Part shown: in pieces, positions 36,359 to 48,978 of the stretch
How positions within the stretch are numbered: the stretch's first letter is position 1
Layout: each line of letters starts with the position of its first letter
Source of the DNA: Spizellomyces punctatus DAOM BR117
Taxonomy: Eukaryota
Assembly (NCBI GenBank): GCA_000182565.2
Contig: KQ257450.1
Direction: 5' to 3' (one strand)
DNA length: 64,000 nt
Notes under the pieces: generated by a model
Told to the model about the DNA's origin: nothing
What the model saw: the letters and a program-made list of their open reading frames with translations, nothing else
Databases searched by the model: none
Translations under genes and position numbers: made by a program

Positions 36359-37638
36359 ATGCCGGCTATTCAGTTGGGCTTTGCAGAAGTCCCCGAGGAG
36401 CCTCTGACGTACTCCTTGGATGACTATCCAAACAAGATTGGAGGGAAACCAGTAAGTTGAATCGAATGAGCGGTACAAGTCAACTGAGGTGTACTGACTT
36501 TTACAGTTTTGGTTAAACCCATCCAAATACCTATCTTGGACGGATGTGGTTTGTAGTGTTTGTAATAAAGTCATGGTCCTCCTCGTTCAGGTAACGTAAA
36601 TGTCGTAAACTTTGTTTTTTTTTTTTGCATGCGCTAAATGTGTCGGAACGATAGTTTTATACACCAGAGGATGAACCGCCCGAAGCATACCACCGCGTAA
36701 TCTATCTATTCTGTTGCCGAGACGGGAAATGTCATAAAACGGACTGGAAGGGGTGGTATGTAATCGTATTGAAAGGGTTCTTGTTGTGAATGGTAGAGTC
36801 GTTGACGTGCGTGACAAAATAGTTTCAAAGTGTATCGAAGCCAGTTGGGGGAATGGAATCCGTACTATAACCCTGGTGAAGGAATGCAAGTGGATTCAGT
36901 GCAAGGTATGTATCATAGTTATGGTTGTATGTTATATCCCATGATTGATGAGATGACTTTTGTTCAGCACCCCAATGCACAGTCTGCGGCCTCGAAGCTC
37001 CCAAAACATGTTCAAAATGCAAAAAAGTACACTACTGCTGCCGAGAGCATCAATTAGTGGATTGGACGGGAGGACACAAGGCCATCTGCGGGACTGACAA
37101 GAACACCATCCCATCCACTACTCATCTCTTTCCGGAATTTGAATTGGTATCCGAGGATGAACCAGAGGCTGAACCCGTTCCAACATCCATACCAACACTA
37201 CCGACACCAGACACAACATCTGAACAACACCAAGAAGAATACGAGGAAACATCCGTGGACGTTGATAAACCCTTTCTCAAATTCCAGAAACGCATCTCCC
37301 GCTCCCCTTCCCAAGTCATTCGATACGCCCGTGTTTCGTATTCGACGGATCCTACACCCCTTTACGTCGCTTCCACCCTCCCACCTCCCATCCCCCCCTG
37401 TCCATGCTGCAACCAACCCCGCACATTCGAATTTCAAGTCATGCCCCAAATGCTAAATGTACTCGACATTAACCACTATGATGAACATGCCCTCGATTGG
37501 GGAACGGTGATTGTGTATTCGTGTGCAGGGAATTGTTGGGGTGAGGAGGTGTTTAGGGAGGAGGTGGTGTGGAGGCAAATGTTTTCAGAGGAGGGGATGG
37601 GGGATGCTGCGCGGAGGGCTTTAGAGGGGAAGGCATAA
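36359..37638 (+). CDS. PDCD2: Programmed cell death protein 2 (MYND + PDCD2_C; uS5 chaperone family)
   Basis: LGFAE, NKIGGKP, MYND-like Cys array, [39 protein letters not shown]. Confidence 0.9.
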
Positions 37639-38116
37639 GAGTTTGTTTCTTTATCATTTCCATTAATTTAATAGATCAGTTTCTGCATTGCCACGTACGA
37701 ACCGACATCGGATGTTCTTCGTAGAGAGGGCGTTTGTCCCATTTTCATAATATTCCTCGTGTGGTTGAATTCTTCTGTGGTGATGGTTGAATGTACAGGT
37801 TTTCCTTGATACTATCAAAATAGTGCGTTAACCATCCCAAATGATGACTCCTCATCATTTGCACACTTTAAAAACGCTCATCTTCGCTTGATTAAAAAAA
37901 TAACAATAAAAATCTATATTTTTTTTTTGGTTCATCTTATCTAGCTACATAGATACCAACACCTACCCTTACGATTCCAATCTTCCTTTCGGCAAGGATC
38001 CGTCAAACGTTTGCGAGGCCTTTCACTCTCGCCAAACCGTTTACGAATCTCCTAATAATATTTACCCATTATCGAATGTCCCTATCACGAGCCCATACTA
38101 TAATTCACTACGACTT

Positions 38117-39119
38117 CTACTTGCGATCATACAAGTCTTGAAACAACTTCCAAAGCACCGAAAACATGATCCCCTGCAGCCCGTTCGTCAAAATCCGTGT
38201 CTTGAGTCCTCGTCCAAACAAACCTCCCACACCATCCTTTTCAATAACGGCCCTGGCCGCCCCAACATAACTCACACGCGTCTCATTCACTTGTCGGTAC
38301 GTTTTAATCACACGCAAGGAATTTGAAATGGTGTCCGAGACAACAGAGGCCGAGAACCCAATCACAGCTTGACGGGCGAGTTTTCTGGGTGTTGTGGATT
38401 GTTGGGGGAGGACTTCAGAGAGGTAATTGTAGGTTGCGAACCAGGGGTAGTGGCCAACAAACGTGGCCGCGGCAGAAGCGACGGCGCCGTACCACAGAGT
38501 GGGGATACCGTTTGCAGCGATACGAGCACGGAGGATGCGAACGCCGTCGTTTCCTTGTGTTTGGAGGGTTGTTTTTAATGTGTCGACGGGCGTCAAGAAC
38601 ATGCGAAAAGAGGCAGCAGCGGCAGAAGCGCCAATGGTTTTGACGGCGACGGGCCAATCCTTGGTGAGGTCAGAGCTCTCCAAGAGGGACATTGCAAATG
38701 CGTTTGCAGCCGTGTCACCAAAGCGGGAGAGGGGGCCTTGAATGAGGGCGGGTCCAATGCCTCTGTAAAAGCGGAGGATTTTACCGTCCTTGTAGAGGGT
38801 TTGCAGGGCTTGTGTCGTCGTTGTTCCATATCTATACTGGTAGTTCATTGTCGTGCGGAGGGGCTGCACGAGAGCGAGAGCGCCAAGTCAAATCCCAAGT
38901 GCAAAGTACGAGTGAGAACAAGTAGGAAGCAAAAATAAAAGAAGAAAGCTATTAGCAAAATGAGGAATGCAATCGTCCAGGCGAAAAAAGAAAATACAAT
39001 ACCATGAGAGTGCAGACTTGAACAACCATGGCAGCAGCCCCCGACAACCCACCCCCCATGGCTCTCTCGAGCGCCTTGTTAACGTTGAACGAAGAAGATG
39101 TAGTCTGTGATGTGGTCAT
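38117..39119 (-). CDS. Mitochondrial carrier family (SLC25) protein, 2 exons
   Basis: ALERAMGGGLSGAAAMVVQVCTLM|PLRTTMNYQYRYG; PVDTLKT signature; GLFGRGLKTRIL. Confidence 0.9.
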
Positions 39120-39384
39120 TTTCGTTCAATGGCGAGTTGACAAAAATCCTCCTCCGAATTGCGAAATGCTTCAAGGCGCCAAAAAGCTTCGTGGGAAAAA
39201 AGTGCCAGTGGCTTAGTATGAAATTGCCGGCGGCAATAAAACCAAAAATAGGGAAATTAAAAGATATCCATGCACGTGAAAGAGATCGTGCTGTGCCATT
39301 ACCTAGTGACTGTGCCTTATTTCGGGCATGACATAAGCACTTTATTCGGTCGAGACTTGCGCCCTCGAGCTATGTAAAAACACT

Positions 39385-39897
39385 TTAAATGCAATGAGTT
39401 TTACAATAGTCCTCAACGGCGTCTCGCAAGGGTCGGTTGGTATATAGCTTTTCTACTTGCAAGGGCTCATTAGTCATAGGATCTTTTTCCTTGTGGGCTG
39501 TCAGATATTCCACTAGGGCTTCGCGTTCATAGGAGATACCACTTGGTGCGATCACTGGGTCTTTGAAAAGTTCAAATGTTCAAAGGACAGCGAAAGTATT
39601 CGGGATCATTATCTGTAGGATCAGCTGTCGTTGCACTGTACACGACATCGCAACAACGTGCTGCAATTATTCGCCAGTATGCGTCAGATCTCGGGGGTTT
39701 CTCAGAGTCCTCTCGCGGAGAGCATTTATGGCTCGTTGAACTGCTTGTCCCGCAGCACGGTCACGAAGATGTCCAATAGTATCAAAATTCGCCTTATTGA
39801 AAACCTCCTTGAGCTTCGGACCGACGAACCAAAGCGCGTCTATGGGATCGTTCAGTAAGACTGGTTGTTCTTCAATGAGATTGCTGTCGGCGTACAT
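39385..39897 (-). pseudogene. Frameshifted, intronless HhH-like + U-box (E3 ligase) gene relic
   Basis: Three frames concatenate to ...DPIDALWFVGPKLKEVFNKANFDTIGHL... / DAYWRIIAARCCDVVY...DPEYFRCPL / TFELFKDPVIAPSGISYEREALVEYL...DPMTNEPL...LYTNRPLRDAVEDY*. Indels near 39710 and 39580. Confidence 0.8.
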
Positions 39898-40470
39898 TAT
39901 TTATGTATCCTTAATGAATTTGCAATAATAATAATAATATATACTGTTTCTGTTTTTGCTGCATGCTGTTATCATCGATGCAATAATGACAAGACCTTAA
40001 GGTTGAAAGTGGACACCTTCTTGGACTACAGTACTGTAGTTCAATCAATGCCCTTGACGATCAGGTGACTCTCCAAGCTGGCGTGACCTCACGTGATTAT
40101 TGAGGCAGCGGATGATGTCAGCAAAAGGTTCGTTTTGATGCCCCGTCCTGGGCTCTTCGAGTCCCAATGCATTTATACCTGCATAGATTGATATAATGGA
40201 TAAGGAGGATATTGCAGGCATTCATTGCATATCTACGGTTGCGCAATCCAGAGTATTACGTGTATTGAGGCACCGACATGAACTCTTCATGTATCAAATG
40301 TAAAATTTTGTGTGTGCCCTCTTGGGTGAGAATGATTTTTAGGCGCTTAAGGGATACGGCGTCATATGCATCCATGTATCTATGGAATTCCTCCCTCTTA
40401 AAAGTTCAGAACCGAGATGAAATTCCATTCGCAAACACATCAACTTGCACACCACACATTCCAATGTCCA

Positions 40471-42860
40471 TCACGCAAAACCTCGATAGATTCCCCTCGT
40501 CACCGGCAAAAGCGTAAACCTCGGAGGCGTTACAACAGGCACATCCCGCACCTGCACCGGTTTCAAAGCAGGTACATTTGTACCAAACGCTCCGAATAAC
40601 GTGCATGTACGTGCATGGTACCTATCAACCACATCTGCAAGCGCAGGTTCCTCCATGGAGAGCGGGAATCCCAATCGCGATAGGTACATGATATGAAATG
40701 CCCGTTGAACAGAGTTTGTGTGGTGATAAACGTCTTGGATTGTTCGTCCCAGCTCTTGTTTCAAGTGCTCCACAATGCTCTTTTCGAGTGTAACGCCTCC
40801 AACGCGATTCCATTCTTGATGAATGTACCATAACGCCTGGAGCACGTATGTGGAAGGTTGGCTGATCAAGTCCTCATCCTGACCCTGATCCTTCCCAAGC
40901 TGTACCATGTCATGCTGCATCTCGTCTTGTATTCCCCGTACCAATATCTCCCGAACTCGCTCACAGACACTCGTCACCCACACGGAATGACAATCGACAT
41001 AAAGCTTCATGAAGGTCTCCAAACACCCCTCTAGAACTTTTGGTCCACAGGGTAAATCCCCTTGCATCCCCTTTAATCGCATGGCAACCCGCTTTGCAAC
41101 CCGTCCGATGCCCAATGTGTCATCCATGCCCTTTCCGACCATTAATAACCGTAACCCATCCACGTACGCCTGCATACCATTCTGAAAGACTTGATCAAAA
41201 CGGATGGTTTCGAGTCCCTTCATGTCCTCTAGTATCGCTTTCAAACCTCCTTCGAATCCGTCTGCCACTTTTGTCATTCCGTCCATGGCACCTCGTGTCC
41301 AGAGTTCGGTGGACAGGTTCGTGCAAGGTGGGAGTGTACATGTTGTTGGGCGGGACGAGAGGCGTTTGAAATGGGTTTCGAGGGTGCGGTCGGTGGTGTG
41401 TGCAAAAGGGGTGTGGAGGAGGCGGGTGTAAAGGTCGTAGGCTTCGCCAACCACAGCTGTACACATCTGTACAAAAAAGTTACGATTAGTAACCAGCATT
41501 CCAACATTGCTTGCACTTAAGACAAAAGCAAAATAATTCGTACCACATCCCAATCCCGTAACTCTTCCAACACCTCATCCACCCCCTTTCGAATCCTCTT
41601 CAAGTCTTTTCCACTCATAACATGCTCCAACGCTCCTTCCACACTCTTTGTCGTCTCTTTTTCCATTAGTTCCACCCACGCTCGCACCCCGTCGCGCACA
41701 TCCACACCCGCCCATGCCACACGCGGTCGAAACTCCTGCACACTCCCCGGCAAATACCGCCAAATACTATGCATATTCCTATACAACCCCGTCATGTCCG
41801 TGTCCTGGACGCGTTGTACCGTTCGTGAAAAGACATCTTTGCAAAACAGGGTGTAAATATCTTGAACAGTTTTTGTGAATGAGGTAAGTGTGGTTTCGAT
41901 GGGGTGCGTTGAATTTGACGGGTGTGGGAGGTGGCGGCGAGCTGTGAGGAGTGATTGGAGGGGTTCGTGTGTGGGTTCGAGCAGGGTTATAGCGCAGAGG
42001 GTTTCTGCAATGTTCTGAAATGATTTTGAAAGTCATTTCCTTTTCGTAATAAACTTTACACTCTGGCCGTCAAAACACACCTGTGGATCTTGATCGAACG
42101 ATCCCAGGAACCCTTGAGCGCGCTCAATAATCTGAGCTCTGAAATGGCTCACGGCATTCCATTGGCGTCGTATCACTGGAAACGACATCTGTGCAGGTGG
42201 TTCCGTTATGATGCGCATAACGGGAAAAAGTTTTACGTATGGAATGGGACAAACGGAACGTACCATGGGACGCAACGCTGTATCAGATTGTTGGAGGTTT
42301 TCGTAAATTCTTTGGGCGATGATGTAGAGGAGTGTACAGGTCAGGTAGGCATGGGATTCCATCGCGTGCCAAATCTGCGTTCCTTTTGAGTATCGAAACT
42401 TTTTGCAGTTTTTTATAGAAAAAGATCCCAAACCTGCTCGGGTGTATCCACCAACACCTTGATTTGTGCCGCAACCGAATACACTATCCCCCGCTTTTGT
42501 TCCAGACTAGCATCTTTATCCTTCACCAACCGCATGCCCACGGCAGTCTTTAACGTACGCGCATCGCACATGGTCGATAGTGACTCGATATTTTGCGAAA
42601 TGGTTGTTGAATGGGTTTGCATGGACTTTATGGCGTCAGCAGTGTTGATGAGGTCTCGGTACCGTTCGCCGACCATGACGCGTAGATCCTGCTTTTTGCG
42701 CTCAATGTCCGTGCTAGTGTTTTCTGAAATGTAAATGCAAATGGTTTTTTGCATCCGGGAACGACATTATCTACCTGGTTCGCGCATGGAGTATCCGCAC
42801 ATCTGCCACGGAATGCTTTATAAAGAGACTATCCGCATCGTACCCATCCTCTCGTTGCAT
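40471..42860 (-). CDS. COG1: Conserved oligomeric Golgi complex subunit 1 (Vps51/Vps67 domain)
   Basis: DIERKKQDLRVMVGERYRDLINTADAI, AAQIKVLVDTPEQ|IW, FPVIRRQW, C-terminal RFTLLP. Confidence 0.88.
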
Positions 42861-43024
42861 CTTTCACAGCAAAACCTTTTTGGCGACGACGACGGGAAAG
42901 CTCCGCCCTTCATCCCCCGTGAAGCACTCTGCACGTGATCCACTCCTCATCAACTTCACAGCCACCCATTGCACTTTTGGACTATGCGTGTTTTTCTTTG
43001 GCACACCGTTTTTGGTTTGGGACG

Positions 43025-46000
43025 ATGCCGTCTTACAACATTAATGGCATCACCGTTCAGTTCCCGTTTCCGGCCTACGAATGCCAACTTTCGCTCATGA
43101 CGACCCTCGTGTCCGCACTCCAAGGGCAAACGAATGCGTTAATCGAATCCCCAACTGTAAGTACTTGCGTGTCGACGATCTGCCATATCGTAACGCTTTT
43201 CTCTTGGATAGGGAACGGGCAAGACGCTGTGCTTGTTGTGTGCGGCGCTGGCGTGGAGGGAAGCATGGGTCGCTCGAAAGCAATTAGGTATTGCTTTGAA
43301 AAATAATGTGGATCGTGTCGAGGCTTTGGTGCAGTCTCTGGATAAAGGTGAACTTTTGTTTCACTGTAAGTCAAGTCAATGGATAGGATATTCATTTCCT
43401 TTTATTGTAGCTGTATCGAGTTGTGGGGATGAAATGTATGAGAGGGATGCACCAACGATTTATTACGCTTCCAGGACGCATTCTCAGCTGTCGCAAGCTG
43501 TTCATGAGCTTCGAAATACCAGTTATGCGTATGTTGTTCTCACAGCCTGCTTGTCACATGGTGGCATGCATATTTGCTGACATTATATCCAACCAGCCCA
43601 AAGATTTGCGTCCTTGGCAGTCGAGATCAATCTTGTGTTCACCCCGATGTCCTGGCCCTCCCCTCCGTAGGCAGGCCAAACGTCTGTAGACAAAAAGTCG
43701 CAAAGAAAACTTGCGAGTTTTATGGGAATGTTGAGCACGTTAAAGGAGCACTGGAAGAGAAAGGTATTCTGGATATTGAAGAGTTGGGGAAATTCGGAAG
43801 GGAGCATAGGTGGGTGTATCTTCACTGCTGTCATGTTACCGTTTCGATCAAGTGGAAACCATCAAGGTATTAAAACCGTTTTGTGATTTCAGAGCTTGTC
43901 CGTACTTTTTGTCCCGCGCGCATCAATCAAAGGCAGATATCATCTTCCTCCCATACAACTACTTGATTGACGCACATACACGTAAAGCACAAAACATTGA
44001 CATAAAGTGAGGACACCCTTCTTTCTTTCTTATTCTGTAGTTCCGAGGCTCACATACAATGTTAGGAATGCTATTCTCATTTTTGACGAAGGTATCCATC
44101 TCCCTTACCACTTGGTGACTGCGCGTATAGTTAACGACTGTCGTTCAAGGACATAACCTGGAAAGCAGCTGTGGCGATGCAACGAGTTTTGAAATAACTG
44201 CACAGGACCTTGCGAATTGTATTTCGGAAGCGTCGCAGTGTATCGAATTGGCTTCTGCGCCTGGTGCTGCCAATCGAGAGGGTGCGCTTTCGTTCATGTT
44301 CTCTACGTTTTAACATCTCACCGCGGTTCTTATCATATTCAATTTAGCCTCTGCGCAGGATTTCATGATTCTCAAAGGTCCGTATAAATATTATTTATCC
44401 TCAAATTACAAGATTCATCGATGTAAGATCATGGTTACAGAACTTTTACAAAACCTCCAAAAAAAACTCGAAGCCGTCCAATTGGATCGCTCGCGGGATC
44501 GGATCTTGAGCGGCGACTGGATCCTCTCACTCTTTCGTGACCTCAATATTTCATTTGAGAATGTCAGTATGGTGTCTAGAGTTGTGGAGTGTGGAGTTGG
44601 GTTGCTGGCTCAAGGTGTGTGGATCTTGTCAAAAAGCAAAGCGTATGATAGGTCGTAAACACTTTTTCTCGACAGAAATGAATCGCCGTTCCCGCATGGC
44701 GTTGAATTTGTTTGGCACGGCACTCAAGGTTGTCTTTAAAGAGGGGTTTGGAGCCGATGAACAGATATGGCAAAGCTACAAGGTAGACGCTCAACTGACC
44801 GGCCCTAAAATAACCGTTAACACCTTTTTTTTGCGTAGGTCTACATTGAAGAAGAAGCGCGCACGAGGACAGGCCGAAAACTCTCGCTATGGTGTTTTCA
44901 TTCTGGTATTGCCATGAAAGACCTTGAACGAGACTGTCGGTCAATTGTCCTTGCCTCTGGAACACTGGTATGTACTCACATATCACGGATCCCTGAAATC
45001 TGTACATTGTATCTCAATTGCATCTTATAAGAGCCCCTTGGCCTCCTTTGCAACGGAAATGGGCATCCCCTTCCCCCACCGTCTCGAAAACCCCCACGTC
45101 ATCTCCCCACATCAAGTCTTTGTTGGAGTCGTTCCAACTGGTCCCGCCGGCTCACACCTGTCCTCGTCGTACGAAAACCGTGATTCTGTAGCATACATAT
45201 CTGACCTCGGCAACGCTGTCGTCAACTTTTGTCGAATTGTCCCCGATGGATTTTTGGTTTTCTTTCCTTCCTACGGTGTTATGGAGAGGTGTTTGGCTGC
45301 ATGGATTATGGCAAGTTCTACAAGTACCCCCGCTTTGTTCTCTTCTGTTGGCTCATGGTGGGTATTTTTTCAGGGACAGGGCGGGGCCAAGAGTGTTATG
45401 GACCGTATCAAGCAGTACAAGACACCCATTGTCGAGCCGCGGAATAAACAACAGTTTGGACCGGTTCGTTTCTGCGGGTTTCCGGTTCAACACGATTTGT
45501 TCAGTTGTTGAACTTGGTCGTTACGTTCTTTAGGCCATGGAAGAATTTTATGCAAAATTAGAAGATAAGAGTTTAACGGGCGCCGTATTTTTCGCAGTGT
45601 AGGTTTTCGTTATCCCCATTTTAATGTAGTCTCTTCGACTTAAATGTCTTTCCAGATGCCGCGGTAAAGCATCTGAAGGTAAGGATTGGCATTTTCTTGT
45701 TTTCTCAATGTCTCCCTCACGTTTGTTTTTGCAGGGCTCGATTTCAGTGACAACAAGGGCCGCGCTGTGATGGTGTGTGGGATTCCATATCCAGGTGTGT
45801 ATCGCTTTGTATTTCACCTCATGTTCAAGTGACTTATTTTTGGTATTTAGCGGCGATGGATCCAAAGGTAGACCGCATCCTTAAATATCACAAGGACCGA
45901 AATGTAACGTCCCCGTATAGGTAAAATTGAAAAGACAATATTTGGATGAACTGCATGGTCGGAATGGCAAAGGGGTAAGAATCCATCTTTATCATGTTGA

Positions 46001-47156
46001 CGGATCGTGTCTCTCACCCTGTGGATTGTAGAAGCAAACCATATCCGGAGGTGATTGGTACAAGCAACAAGCTGCCCGAGCCGTGAACCAAGCCCTTGGC
46101 AGAGTGTACGTACACGTATTTTTAACGAATGGATCGACAAAGTTCACACCGCCTCTAGCATCCGTCACAAAAAGGACTTTGGAGCCATCCTCCTCTGCGA
46201 CGCCCGTTTTGGATCTCCATATAATATCAAGCAACTCCCCATATGGATTCGATCCCTCGTTAAAGTCTATGTATGGTCCACATTTTGACTACACACATGA
46301 GCCTTGACTGATTATTGTTTTTGTTTTTGTTTAGAAACACTTTGGGGAGGCCCAAGGTGGACTTGGCAGGTTTTTCAAGCGTATGGAACAGCAACCTGAT
46401 GCTGTTCCAACGGTACCTGCCGTACCAGACTCTGTTCAAGGTCATGCCGAAATTTTGGCGCATGCTGCTTTTCAGCAGTTGAAAACAGGTATATCCGTCC
46501 TAATCCTTTGAATTCTGGACTTGTATTGACTATTGTGTAGGATTGTCAGATGGGGATGGACAAGTATCAATTCGGCAGAGACGAAAAAAGAGCGAGTTTG
46601 AGGTACTCTTCCGGTTTCTTTAATGTGTCTTACCGGTGTTTATTTTATCTTTTCTTTGTAGTTGTCAATGGATGGTCCTGCTACCACCACCACTCCACCC
46701 ATTCCAGCTATCGTCAATTCGATAAAAGCAACCAGTTTTCATCGCACGACGCTTGATCGGATCTCGCAATCTGCACTTGCAAACCCACCCCGCAAATCCA
46801 TCTTGACTAAAGCAACCCTCGCAAACCAACAACCTGCCCACCCCGAGGCGACTCACCCTATCCTAAAACGCCAGACATCTCCTCCCCAACCCCCCACCTC
46901 CAAAAAACATAAACAAACCGCAACAACCTACATTCAAACCCTCAAAAGAACCCTTCCAACGCCGAAATACCATACCTTCCAATCCCTGCTCAAATCCTAC
47001 AAAGCCCAAACCATCTCCGTGTCTGCCCTTGTTGATGCCCTTGTAGAATTATTTGAAAATATACAAGGGGGACGGGAGTTGCTTGTTGGGTTTGGTGCGT
47101 TTGTGCCCAAAGTGTATAAAAAAGAGTTTGAGAGGCGGTTAGAAGAGGTGTCATGA
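43025..47156 (+). CDS. RTEL1: RTEL1-like Fe-S DNA helicase (XPD/DinG family) with C-terminal harmonin-homology domain; about 20 introns
   Basis: VQFPFPAYECQ, ESPT|GTGKTLCLLCAALAW, IYYASRTHSQLSQ, VLGSRDQSCVHP, CPYFLSR, DE|GHNLE, GLDFSDNKGRAV, WYKQQAARAVNQALGR..RHKKDFGAILLCDARF; C-terminal YIQTLKRTL...LLVGFGAFVP. Confidence 0.9.
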
Positions 47157-47412
47157 TGTTGGGTTGTTGATTGGCGCATTCGGCATCCCGCCCACGGCCT
47201 CGGTTTCCGTTTTTTGTAGACAAGAGTGCGTAGAGAAGGCAATCGCCAGTATTTCTGGATAGATGGACATACGAAAATGTATATATAATATTTATGTTTT
47301 GGCAATGGTATTTATTTGTCATAATAATGATAAAAAAGTCGTTAATGTTGGATGATCCCAACATAAGGCAAAAAAAAGAAGAGTAGAAACTGTCTAATGA
47401 CCCCACACGACA

Positions 47413-48333
47413 CTACGCCCGAAACTTTTTCGCTTGCTGCGTAATCTCCTTCTTCCTCATATCCCTCCCCTCTCGACTCGCAAGACTCAAGGCCCCCGCA
47501 ATCAATTCCACACCCGTCAAGGCATCATCGTTGGCTGGAATAGGATACTGCACATTCCGTGGATTGCAATCCGTATCGCAGATGGCAATCACGGGAATAT
47601 TGGCTTGGTTGGCTTCACGTACTGCCCAAGTGTTGTTCGGGTAGTCCAATACAATCAGTAGATCAGGTGTGTGGACGTAGGGTTGAGGGTTTCGCGGCTT
47701 TCGTTGTTCCTTTGCCTTGCTCTCCTCCCCATCAGGCATTAAAATTTGAGCCACTTTATCCGGATCATACCCAACACTCCGACGAAGGACTCGTTCCTTG
47801 TTTGTGATCGTACCCCCAATCCACGAGGTGACGAAATAGCCATCAGCACGTTTAGCAGCTTCCACAGTGATGCGATGAATAGACGGGCGCGTTCCGATAA
47901 ACACAATATTCCCACCGCGAAGGGCAATCTCCCTCGTCACATTGATGGCCCGACGTAACATGACAAGCGTATGTTCCAGGTTAATGATATGAATCCCCTG
48001 TCGCTCACCGTAGATATAGGGGAGCATGTGTTCGTTCCAGGATTCTCGTGCATGGCCGAGATGGAGATTCGCTGCCATGAGCGTCCGGATCGTCAACGAG
48101 GTGCGAATGTTGTGCGGGAAGGTTGTATCGGGAGTTTTGTTGAGGGGTGAAAAGTTTCGGGTGGAGGTCGTGGCCGACCGAGGGAGGGGAACGAGATTTG
48201 ATAGACGCTCGGCCGGGTTCGGTGGAGATGGTTTGGGAGTATCGGGGACGGACGTTGCAACACCGCGAGTACACCCGAGTACTCTTGAAATACCCTTACG
48301 GGCAGTCCCGCCCAATCGCATCGATTGCAACAT
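47413..48333 (-). CDS. MRP4: Mitochondrial ribosomal protein uS2m, single exon
   Basis: LMAANLHLGH, YIYGERQGIHIINLE, WIGGTITN, IPVIAICDTDCNP..YPIPANDD; N-terminal presequence. Confidence 0.94.
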   Translation of the reverse strand: MLQSMRLGGTARKGISRVLGCTRGVATSVPDTPKPSPPNPAERLSNLVPLPRSATTSTRNFSPLNKTPDTTFPHNIRTSLTIRTLMAANLHLGHARESWNEHMLPYIYGERQGIHIINLEHTLVMLRRAINVTREIALRGGNIVFIGTRPSIHRITVEAAKRADGYFVTSWIGGTITNKERVLRRSVGYDPDKVAQILMPDGEESKAKEQRKPRNPQPYVHTPDLLIVLDYPNNTWAVREANQANIPVIAICDTDCNPRNVQYPIPANDDALTGVELIAGALSLASREGRDMRKKEITQQAKKFRA

Positions 48334-48397
48334 TTTCTACAAATGTCCTGTTGAACAAAACGCTGGCCTCCTTGAAAGTTGCCCAATCTCTCAACGC

Positions 48398-48411
48398 GTT
48401 GCCATAGTAAC
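48398..48411. promoter_or_regulatory. RFX X-box (GTTGCCATAGTAAC) in the 134-bp MRP4/RPB6 bidirectional promoter
   Basis: Full match to GTNRCC-N2-RGYAAC; overlaps ACGCGT. Confidence 0.55.
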
Positions 48412-48467
48412 CACCTAATGGAGCGCGCAAGGCTGTTGGGGAAGATCTCCTTCTTTTTCAACCAAAA

Positions 48468-48978
48468 ATGTCAGACTACGAAGGCAGCGAGCCCGAGGAT
48501 TACGACGAGCAGCCCGAGTACGATGACCTAGAGCCGGCGGTGTATGATACAGAAATCGTCGAAGGAGTGCGATCAGAGATATTAAACCCAGACGACGTAA
48601 GTTTCCCCGTCACTACCCTTTTTTTTGGAACTGAAAAACAGCGCTGACTCCAAACACTTCAAACACTAGCACCAACCCGATAACGAACCTACACATGGTG
48701 CAACCCCCGCTGCCCGCGGACCAGGACCCATCCCAAAAGACCAACGCCTGACCACCCCTTACATGACCAAATACGAAAAAGCCCGCATCCTCGGCACACG
48801 AGCTCTCCAAATCAGCATGAGCGCTCCAGTTATGGTCGATCTCAATGGCGAGTCAGACCCACTGGCCATTGCCATGAAAGAGTTGAGAGAGCAAAAGATT
48901 CCTTTGATGGTGCGGAGGTATTTGCCTGATGGAAGTTGGGAGGATTGGTCAGTTGAAGAGTTGATTTTGCCAGAATAG
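48468..48978 (+). CDS. RPB6: RNA polymerases I/II/III common subunit RPB6
   Basis: Acidic N-terminus; [29 protein letters not shown]...[17 protein letters not shown]. Confidence 0.97.

Noticed and set aside
35420..36574. 384-aa ORF suggesting a long N-terminal extension of IND1
   Set aside because: It is read-through of introns and the antisense strand of PDCD2; the spliced start at 36184 fits better.
44092..44149. RTEL1 intron starting GTATCCAT as a possible U12-type intron
   Set aside because: The donor deviates from GTATCCTT and there is no TCCTTAAC branch site near the 3' end, only AGTTAAC.
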